Below, one piece after another: positions 48,751 to 55,605 of a stretch of DNA of 55,605 nt. The stretch covers positions 1 to 55,605 of the forward strand of contig JACRKZ010000119.1 of assembly GCA_016235455.1 (NCBI GenBank), read 5' to 3'. How positions within the stretch are numbered: position 1 is the first letter of the stretch; each line of letters starts with the position of its first letter. The notes beneath the pieces are model-generated. The model saw only the letters and a program-made list of their open reading frames with translations, was not told where the DNA came from and did not search any database. Source of the stretch: Armatimonadota bacterium. Its GTDB lineage: Bacteria > Armatimonadota > UBA10988. A program made the translations under genes and the position numbers.

Positions 48751-48801
48751 TATGCCACCGACCCGCCGATTCGCTTGACGACTCGGCGGGTCGGTGGCAT
48801 A
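48751..48801. terminator. 19-bp perfect inverted repeat, probable terminator overlapping a candidate shc promoter
   Basis: TATGCCACCGACCCGCCGA-N13-TCGGCGGGTCGGTGGCATA. Confidence 0.65.
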
Positions 48802-48954
48802 ACTGGAGCGCAACGGATGCGCTGCCTTATCGCAACAAGGCCGCTCGTGGGCATGGGCACGCCGCGGGGCAACCTGGGTCGCGCGCGTGTGTCCTTTCTA
48901 GTGTGGGCCAAGTCGTTTCGTACCCTGGGCGGCGCATAGGCAAGGAGCTGAGAC

Positions 48955-51015
48955 GTGGCCTTGACGGCACAGCAAGCGGTTCGCGCCGCGAGCCGGCCTG
49001 ATCACGCCTCCGCTTCATCGCTCGATGCCGCCATCGATGCCGCCATCGGCTGGGCCATCGAGGACCAGGATCCCAAGGGGTTCTGGGTGGGCATGTTGGA
49101 GTCCAACCCGTCCATGGAGGCGGAGTGGATCCTGTGCATGCACTTCCTGGGCATCCGGGACGACCCCAAGTACCCCGGCGTGGTGCGCGCGCTGCTGGCT
49201 AAGCAGCGAGCCGACGGCTCGTGGGAGAACTACCGCCACGCGCCCAAGGGCGACATCAGCACCACCGTGGAGTGCTACGCCGCACTGCGTGCCGCCGGTC
49301 ACGATCCCAACAGCGCCGAGCTGGTGCGCGCGCGCGACTGGATCCTCTCGCACGGTGGGCTGGCCAAGGTCCGGGTCTTCACCAAAATGTGGCTCGCGCT
49401 GATCGGCGAGTGGCCGTGGGACGGCACGCCGACCCTGCCGCCCGAACTGATCCTGCTGCCCACCTGGGTGCCGTTCAACATCTACCGATTCGCCAGCTGG
49501 GCGCGCGGCACCATGGTGCCGCTGTGTATCCTGTCGGCCAAGCGACCGGTGCGGCCGTTGCCGGCCGAATCGCGGCTCGACGAGCTGTTCCCCGGCGGCC
49601 GCGACCAGATGAATTACGCGCTGCCCCGCCGCGGCAAGCGCTTCTTCTCGTGGGAAACGCTGTTCCACGGCATCGACCGGCTGGCCAACTGGGTCGGCAA
49701 GCGCTCGGTCTATCCGCAGCGGCGCGAGGCCATCCGCCTGTGCGTCGAGTGGATCATCGAGCGGCAGGAGGCCGATGGCTGCTGGGGTGGTATTCAGCCG
49801 CCTTGGGTCTACTCGCTGATGGCCCTCAACGTGGCCGGCTACAGCATCCACCATCCCGTGCTGGCCAAGGGACTCGAGGCCTTCAATGCCCCGTGGGCCT
49901 ACGAACGCGACGGCGCCACCTTCATTCAGGCCTGCATGTCGCCGGTGTGGGACACCGTGCTCATGCTGCTGGCACTGGTCGACTGCGGCCACGACTACCT
50001 CAACAGCGAGCCCGTGCGCAAGGCCCTGCGCTGGGTGCTCGACGAGCAGGTCCACGCGCCGGGTGACTGGCAGGAACTGAACCCCGGTGTCGAGCCGGGC
50101 GGCTGGGCCTTCGAGTTCGAGAACGACTGCTACCCTGACGTCGACGACACCGCCGTGGCGCTGATCGTCCTGGCTCGGCTACGGCGCTCGGTGAACGGGC
50201 ATCTGCCGCTGGCCGACGCCATCGACCGCGCCGCCAACTGGGTGCGCGGCATGGTCTGCAAGAACGGCGCCTGGGCGGCATTCGACCGTGACAACACCGG
50301 CTACCTGGTGGCCAAGATCCCCTTCATGGACTTCGGCGAGGCGATCGACCCGCCCAGCGTCGATGTAACCGCGCATGTGCTGGAAGCCTTTGGCGCCCTC
50401 GGGCAGGACATGTCCGACCCGATGGTGGCCCGCGCGGTGGAGTACATCAAGGCCGAGCAGGAAGACGACGGCAGTTGGTTCGGCCGCTGGGGCGTCAACC
50501 ACATCTACGGCACGGGCGCGGTGCTGCCGGCGCTGGAGGCCGTGGGCGAGGACATGTCCTCGCTGTATGTGCGGCGCGCGGCCGACTGGATCGTTGAGCG
50601 CCAGAACGAGGATGGCGGCTGGGGTGAGACCTGCGCCTCGTACATGGACCTGAGCCAACGCGGCGTGGGTCCGAGCACCGCCTCACAGACCGGCTGGGCA
50701 CTGATGGCGCTGCTGGCGGTCGGCTACCACCACTACGACGAGGCCATCGGGCGCGGCTTGGCCTACCTGATGACCACCCAGCGGCCCGACGGCACCTGGG
50801 ACGAGGAAGAGTACACGGGCACCGGCTTCCCCGGCTACGGCCAGGGCCACCGCATCGACCTCTCGCAGCCCGACGCCGCGCTGCCTCAAGGCACCGAGCT
50901 GGGCCGCGGCTTCATGATCAACTACAACCTCTACCGCCACTACTTCCCGCTGATGGCCATGGGTCGCGCGCGCGAGCACCTGGGCCAGCCACGCCTGGCC
51001 GAAGCCGCCGATTAG
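48955..51015 (+). CDS. shc: Squalene-hopene cyclase
   Basis: YPDVDDTA catalytic motif, QxxDGxW repeats, WFGRWGVN, GTGFP; GTG start with AAGGAG RBS. Confidence 0.96.
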   Translation: MALTAQQAVRAASRPDHASASSLDAAIDAAIGWAIEDQDPKGFWVGMLESNPSMEAEWILCMHFLGIRDDPKYPGVVRALLAKQRADGSWENYRHAPKGDISTTVECYAALRAAGHDPNSAELVRARDWILSHGGLAKVRVFTKMWLALIGEWPWDGTPTLPPELILLPTWVPFNIYRFASWARGTMVPLCILSAKRPVRPLPAESRLDELFPGGRDQMNYALPRRGKRFFSWETLFHGIDRLANWVGKRSVYPQRREAIRLCVEWIIERQEADGCWGGIQPPWVYSLMALNVAGYSIHHPVLAKGLEAFNAPWAYERDGATFIQACMSPVWDTVLMLLALVDCGHDYLNSEPVRKALRWVLDEQVHAPGDWQELNPGVEPGGWAFEFENDCYPDVDDTAVALIVLARLRRSVNGHLPLADAIDRAANWVRGMVCKNGAWAAFDRDNTGYLVAKIPFMDFGEAIDPPSVDVTAHVLEAFGALGQDMSDPMVARAVEYIKAEQEDDGSWFGRWGVNHIYGTGAVLPALEAVGEDMSSLYVRRAADWIVERQNEDGGWGETCASYMDLSQRGVGPSTASQTGWALMALLAVGYHHYDEAIGRGLAYLMTTQRPDGTWDEEEYTGTGFPGYGQGHRIDLSQPDAALPQGTELGRGFMINYNLYRHYFPLMAMGRAREHLGQPRLAEAAD

Positions 51016-52163
51016 TCGGGGATGTAGCCGCCCACCACGAACGCCAGCCGCGCGCCGTCGGGCGTGCAGGCCACCTGGCGCGGTACGACCGGCAACCTGA
51101 GCAGGCGGTGGAACGTGTCCCAACCGGTACCCGTGAGGCCCTGCATCAGGTCGGTGGCGCAGTCGCCGGTGTCGGTGATGTGGCTGGTGGCCAGCAGCAG
51201 GTCGCGGCCCGAACTCGATGCCCAGATGAGGCGCGCCACGGGGCCGTCGCCCTCAGGCGGCTCGGGCGGCACCAGATCGCCGTCGGCGCCATAGAACGAC
51301 TGCCCCCAGGAGAAGATGCCGCACTTGGGCAGCCAGAACATCGGCGCATCACCCGCTCCGCCGTCGCGGACGGCGCGGGCCCGGACTTCCGTCTTCTGGC
51401 CATTGTTGCTCAGCTCGACCAGCGACACCGGCGGCGGCGCGTCATCGGGAGTGCGCGGCCGGCCGGGGGCGCCGCAGGTGACCATCAGCGACGGGCGCTC
51501 GGTGTGCCAGGTCAGTGACCAGGCTTCCTTGTCCAGATACCAGGTGCTCCAGCGACCCGCGGCGGCATCGTAGACCTTGACCGACTTGGAGCGTTTGGAC
51601 AGGCCTTCATACTCCATGGGCGCCCAGGCCAGCATGTCGGCGTGCGGGCTCCAGGCGCTGATCGCGCCAAGGTAGCGCGCGCCCGAGCCGTCGCGGCCAG
51701 GTCGCTCGGTGACAGCGTCGGGATAGAGCAGGTCGTCGAGCACCAGCGCCGCTTCGGTGACCACGCCCTTGGCCTCGGTCAGCCGCCAGACCCGCATCAG
51801 GCCCGCGCCGTCTCGGCGCACGGCCAGCGCCGAGGCGAAGCGGCCCGACGGCGCCACGGCCAAGCCAAGCATCATGACCGTGTCTTTGTCCTGCCAGATG
51901 GGGTTCTTGCCCGTGCCGTCGGCGCCGACGCGGTAGAGCGCGTTGTTGGACATGAGCAGTTGGCGGCCGTCGGGCAGCCAGGCGGGGATCGTCGGCCCGG
52001 CGACGCGCACCTCGTCGCCGCCGTCCAGCTTGCAGGTATAGGTGCCCGGCTCGCGTTTGGCGCCGCGATCGCCCACGGCCGCGGCCGTGGGCGCCTGTGC
52101 GCCGGCTCGGCTGAGCAGCGCGCAGACAGCTATCGCCACCGTGGACCACCTGGCTCGTATCAT
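51012..52163 (-). CDS. Secreted TolB-like/beta-propeller hypothetical protein
   Basis: Signal peptide; PAWLPDGRQL, APSGR, AWSP and TPDGARLAFV blade motifs. Confidence 0.6.
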   Translation of the reverse strand: MIRARWSTVAIAVCALLSRAGAQAPTAAAVGDRGAKREPGTYTCKLDGGDEVRVAGPTIPAWLPDGRQLLMSNNALYRVGADGTGKNPIWQDKDTVMMLGLAVAPSGRFASALAVRRDGAGLMRVWRLTEAKGVVTEAALVLDDLLYPDAVTERPGRDGSGARYLGAISAWSPHADMLAWAPMEYEGLSKRSKSVKVYDAAAGRWSTWYLDKEAWSLTWHTERPSLMVTCGAPGRPRTPDDAPPPVSLVELSNNGQKTEVRARAVRDGGAGDAPMFWLPKCGIFSWGQSFYGADGDLVPPEPPEGDGPVARLIWASSSGRDLLLATSHITDTGDCATDLMQGLTGTGWDTFHRLLRLPVVPRQVACTPDGARLAFVVGGYIPD

Positions 52164-52293
52164 TGTCGCACCACCATCCTGGTAGAAGGTTGGACGACAG
52201 GTTCGCCGTCGTTGTCACCGTTCTTCCTGTTGCCGTGTGATTACAGCAGGATCGGTGGTGTCCGGGGCGAATGGAGTCCAGGAGGCAGTGGCG

Positions 52294-53097
52294 ATGCGCA
52301 TCAGCTTCATGACGTTTGCCTGTCCGGCGTGGTCGCTGGACGAGGTGTTGCGAGTCGGCCGGCGGCTGGGCTACGACGGCGTGGAGCCGCGTCTGGACAG
52401 CGGCCACGCGCATGGCATTGAGGTTGGGCTGAGCCCTGATGGACGCGAGCGGGCCAAGGCCCAGTTCGCCGAGGCGGGAGTCGCCGTCTGCTGCCTGGCC
52501 ACGTCGCTCGGCTTCATCGCCACCGAGTCCGAACGGCGCACGGCGCTGCTCGAGGCGACGCGCGCGCGGCTGGAACTGGCCGCCGATCTGGGTTGCCCCG
52601 GTCTGCGTGTGTTCGCCGGTGGCGTGCCCCAGGGCGTCTCGCTGGATGAAGCGCTCGACGCGGCGGGCGACAATCTGCGCGCGGCGGGCGACATCGCAGC
52701 TGCGCTGGGTGTCGAACTCTGGTTGGAGACACACGACACGGTGAGCTGTGCCGAGCTGTGCGCGCGGGTGGTGCGCGCCGCCGACCATCCCAGTGTGTGG
52801 GTCAACTACGATGTGATGCACCCGCTGCGCTGCGGTGAGCCGCTGGACACCACGTTCGCCGCGCTCGACGGGCTGGTGCGTCATGCCCACTGGCATGATG
52901 CCATTCTGGACCCCAAGAACGTGGCCATCACCCGCTTTGGCGAGGGCGAGATGCCGCTGGGCACCATCGTCGAGTGGCTGCGCGGCCAGGGCTTCGAGGG
53001 CTATCTGAGCGGCGAGTGGTTCGAGCAGCAGCTCGGTGCCGACTCGGATGACTCGCTCGAGCACTACGCCGTGGCAACGCGGGATCTGCTGTCCTGA
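52294..53097 (+). CDS. Sugar phosphate isomerase/epimerase (TIM barrel)
   Basis: LGYDGVE, RVFAG, LETHD, NYDVMH, HWHD, GYLSGEW; AGGAGG RBS. Confidence 0.88.
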   Translation: MRISFMTFACPAWSLDEVLRVGRRLGYDGVEPRLDSGHAHGIEVGLSPDGRERAKAQFAEAGVAVCCLATSLGFIATESERRTALLEATRARLELAADLGCPGLRVFAGGVPQGVSLDEALDAAGDNLRAAGDIAAALGVELWLETHDTVSCAELCARVVRAADHPSVWVNYDVMHPLRCGEPLDTTFAALDGLVRHAHWHDAILDPKNVAITRFGEGEMPLGTIVEWLRGQGFEGYLSGEWFEQQLGADSDDSLEHYAVATRDLLS

Positions 53098-53117
53098 GAT
53101 AGGTTGAGGCAAGAGCT

Positions 53118-54251
53118 ATGGATATCAAGGTGACCGTGCAAGCGGGCATGAGGGCGCGCGCGCTGTGCCCGGTGGCGGTGGTGCTGACCGGCGAGGGCGT
53201 CAGCGCCCTGACCGCCGAGGGCAAGCCCGTGCCGTGCCAGAGCCGGCCCGCGGGCGCGGGCAAGTGCGAGCTGCGCTTCCTGGTCAACGACCTGGCCGCC
53301 GGCGCCAAGCGCGAATACGTGGCGACCATCGGCAAGCCCGTGGCGACCGACGGGCTCGCCCTGAAGGACACCGGTGCGGCCATCGAGGTGTCCGACGGCG
53401 CCGACCTGCTCACCGCCTACCACTACCTCGACCCGAAGGCCGCGCGGCCCTACTGGTTCCCGGTGCTCGACCCGCGCGGCAAGCGCGTGACACGGGCCTT
53501 CCCGATGGAGAACGTGCCCGGCGAGAACCAGGACCACAAGCACCACCGCAGTCTGTGGGTGGCCTATGGCGACCTCAACGGCTCGGACAACTGGAGCGAG
53601 GAAGAGAACTGCGCCACCCAGGCTCACCAGGGCTGGAACGAGCTGACCTCGGGCCCGGTGGCCGTGGTGCTGGACCAGAACGTGGTGTGGCGCAAGCATC
53701 TGGGCGAGCCGGTGCTCAACGAACGGCGCGTGTGGCGCTTCTACCGTCTGCCGCGCGCCGCGGGCAGCCTGTTCGACCTCGAAGTCGACCTGACCCCGGC
53801 CAAGGACGTGCCGGAAGTGGTCTTCGGCGACACCAAGGAGGGCGGGCTGTGCAGCGTGCGCGTGGCCACCTCGATGGACGCGCCCAAGGGCCGCATCCGC
53901 AACAGCGCCGGCGGCATCGACGAAGGCGAGTGCTGGGGCAAGCGCGCCCACTGGTGCGACTACTCCGGCCCCGTGGCGGGCGAGTGGTCGGGCATCACCA
54001 TCTTCGACCATCCGGCCAGCTTCCGCCACCCCACCTGGTGGCATGTGCGCAACTACGGCCTGATGACGGCCAACTGCTTCGGCCTGTCGTACTTCACCGA
54101 CAAGAAGGAGAATGGCACACACCGGCTGGCCGCCGGTGAGACGCTGCGCTTCCGCTACCGGGTGATGATCCACGCGGGCGACTGCGACCAGGCGCAGACG
54201 GACACCAAGTACCAGGACTATGCCAACCCGCCGGTCATCAAGGTCGGCTGA
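53118..54251 (+). CDS. DUF6807 ('PmoA family') sugar-associated protein
   Basis: [42 protein letters not shown]. Confidence 0.75.
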   Translation: MDIKVTVQAGMRARALCPVAVVLTGEGVSALTAEGKPVPCQSRPAGAGKCELRFLVNDLAAGAKREYVATIGKPVATDGLALKDTGAAIEVSDGADLLTAYHYLDPKAARPYWFPVLDPRGKRVTRAFPMENVPGENQDHKHHRSLWVAYGDLNGSDNWSEEENCATQAHQGWNELTSGPVAVVLDQNVVWRKHLGEPVLNERRVWRFYRLPRAAGSLFDLEVDLTPAKDVPEVVFGDTKEGGLCSVRVATSMDAPKGRIRNSAGGIDEGECWGKRAHWCDYSGPVAGEWSGITIFDHPASFRHPTWWHVRNYGLMTANCFGLSYFTDKKENGTHRLAAGETLRFRYRVMIHAGDCDQAQTDTKYQDYANPPVIKVG

Positions 54252-54267
54252 GCCCAAGGAGATAGAG

Positions 54268-55209
54268 ATGCGTTGTGTCGTTACCGGCGGTGCCGGATTC
54301 CTGGGCTCTCACCTGTGCGAGCGGCTTCTGGCCGAAGGTCATGATGTGGTGGCCATCGACAACCTGATCACCGGTGCGGTGGACAACATCGCGCACATCC
54401 GTGACCCGCGGTTCTCGTTCATCCACTACGACGTGACCAAGTTCCTCTACCTGGCCGGGCCGGTGGACATCGTCTTCCACCTGGCCAGCCCGGCCAGCCC
54501 GGTGGACTACCTCGAGTTCCCCATCCAGACGCTCAAGGTCGGCTCGTTGGGTACGCACAACGCGCTCGGTCTGGCCAAGGAGAAGGGCGCCAAGGTGCTG
54601 TTCGCCTCGACCAGCGAAGTCTATGGCGATCCGGCCATCAACCCACAACCGGAAACCTATCACGGCAACGTGAGCACCACGGGCATGCGCAGTTGCTACG
54701 ACGAGGCCAAGCGCTTCGGTGAGGCCATGGTCATGGCCTATCACCGGCAGCACGGCATCGACACGCGCATCATCCGCATCTTCAACACGTATGGCCCGCG
54801 CATGAGGCTGAACGACGGTCGGGTCGTGCCCAACTTCATCTGTCAGGCCCTGGCCGGTGAGCCGCTGACGGTCTATGGCAACGGCGGGCAGACGCGGTCG
54901 TTCACCTTCGTCGACGACACCATCGAAGGCATGTGGCGCCTGGCGGTATCCAACGAGGTGATGCCGGTGAACATCGGCAACCCCCAAGAGCGCACCATTC
55001 TCGACTTCGCCAAGGAGATCATCGCGCTGACCGACAGCGGATCGTCGATCGAGTACCGGCCGCTGCCGACCGACAACGACCCGCAGCAGCGCCGGCCGGA
55101 CATCACGCGAGCCCGCGAACTGCTGGGCTGGGAGCCGCAAGTACCGTTCGAGGTAGGAATGCCGCGGACCGTGGCGAACTTCCGCAGCCGCCTGGGCCTG
55201 CAGACCTAA
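54268..55209 (+). CDS. UDP-glucuronate decarboxylase (UDP-xylose synthase)-like extended SDR
   Basis: [48 protein letters not shown]. Confidence 0.92.
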   Translation: MRCVVTGGAGFLGSHLCERLLAEGHDVVAIDNLITGAVDNIAHIRDPRFSFIHYDVTKFLYLAGPVDIVFHLASPASPVDYLEFPIQTLKVGSLGTHNALGLAKEKGAKVLFASTSEVYGDPAINPQPETYHGNVSTTGMRSCYDEAKRFGEAMVMAYHRQHGIDTRIIRIFNTYGPRMRLNDGRVVPNFICQALAGEPLTVYGNGGQTRSFTFVDDTIEGMWRLAVSNEVMPVNIGNPQERTILDFAKEIIALTDSGSSIEYRPLPTDNDPQQRRPDITRARELLGWEPQVPFEVGMPRTVANFRSRLGLQT

Positions 55210-55225
55210 CGGCCGAGCCGCGACG

Positions 55226-55495
55226 ATGCGCACCAGGCGCCCGGCGTTCGTCACGCATGAGCTGCTGCCGGCCATCGCGGCGGTCATCGTGTTCGTGGCT
55301 CTCCTGCTGCCGGTGATGGCGGCGGTGCGCGATGGCCGGCTGGCGCTGTGGACAGGCGCGGCGCTGGCGGTCGCGCTCGGTCTGGCTCTCTGGCTGCCGG
55401 AATGGTTGATGGACCGTAGCGGTCGTCGACGCTTCCGCGATCAGACAGGGGCCGACGCGGACTCCGAGACGCATGATGATGCAGAGGGCCCGTGA
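55226..55495 (+). CDS. Small membrane protein (two TM helices)
   Basis: Two hydrophobic helices and an acidic tail directly after the SDR gene. Confidence 0.55.
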   Translation: MRTRRPAFVTHELLPAIAAVIVFVALLLPVMAAVRDGRLALWTGAALAVALGLALWLPEWLMDRSGRRRFRDQTGADADSETHDDAEGP

Positions 55496-55549
55496 CGCGA
55501 GCAGGATGCCGTCACGGCAGGGCTAATGTCGGTTGAGGGAGGGCTGACC

Positions 55550-55605
55550 ATGAGTGCCGATGAACGACTGACCATTCTGTGGAACCAGATTGTGCGGCAG
55601 GTGAA
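55550..55605 (+). CDS. 5' fragment of the next gene (MSADERLTILWNQIVRQV...)
   Basis: GAGGGAGG RBS then ATG; open to the window end. Confidence 0.55.
   Translation, partial: MSADERLTILWNQIVRQV

Noticed and set aside
7874-51015. Terpene pathway linking the LinD-like gene and shc
   Set aside because: About 40 kb apart, unrelated contexts, and no prenyltransferase or squalene synthase in the window
53118-54251. Methane monooxygenase implied by the 'PmoA family' label
   Set aside because: Soluble beta-rich DUF6807-type protein with no TM helices and no pmoB/C
1-55605. tRNA, rRNA, IS or prophage
   Set aside because: Intergenic gaps are short and none showed these signatures by eye; tRNAscan and Infernal were not run

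Overview
High-GC bacterial chromosomal window with about 44 protein-coding genes and no recognisable rRNA, tRNA, CRISPR array, IS or prophage. The gene style (Tat-exported sulfatases, orphan glycosidases, URO-D-like and DUF6807 proteins, a Gram-positive-type SOS box at recA) suggests a polysaccharide-degrading Terrabacteria lineage such as Armatimonadota; this is inference. Most of the window is glycan catabolism: three Cys-type sulfatases, two GH29 fucosidases, an atypical GH32, a tandem SGNH/SASA esterase, orphan GH-like proteins, a fused SBP-permease ABC importer, deoC and three sugar isomerase-like TIM barrels. It also holds a TetR/DoxX/DODA cluster, an RND pump with a giant adaptor, recA-recX, a Uma2 nuclease, rlpA, a stand-alone squalene-hopene cyclase and a UDP-glucuronate decarboxylase. 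The best candidate for an undescribed system is a tail-to-tail pair of RpoD-like sigma factors with shared non-canonical -10 and -35 recognition residues, joined by a perfect 38-bp palindrome, one of them divergent from the SOS-boxed recA promoter. All annotations come from motif reading by eye; no database searches were run.
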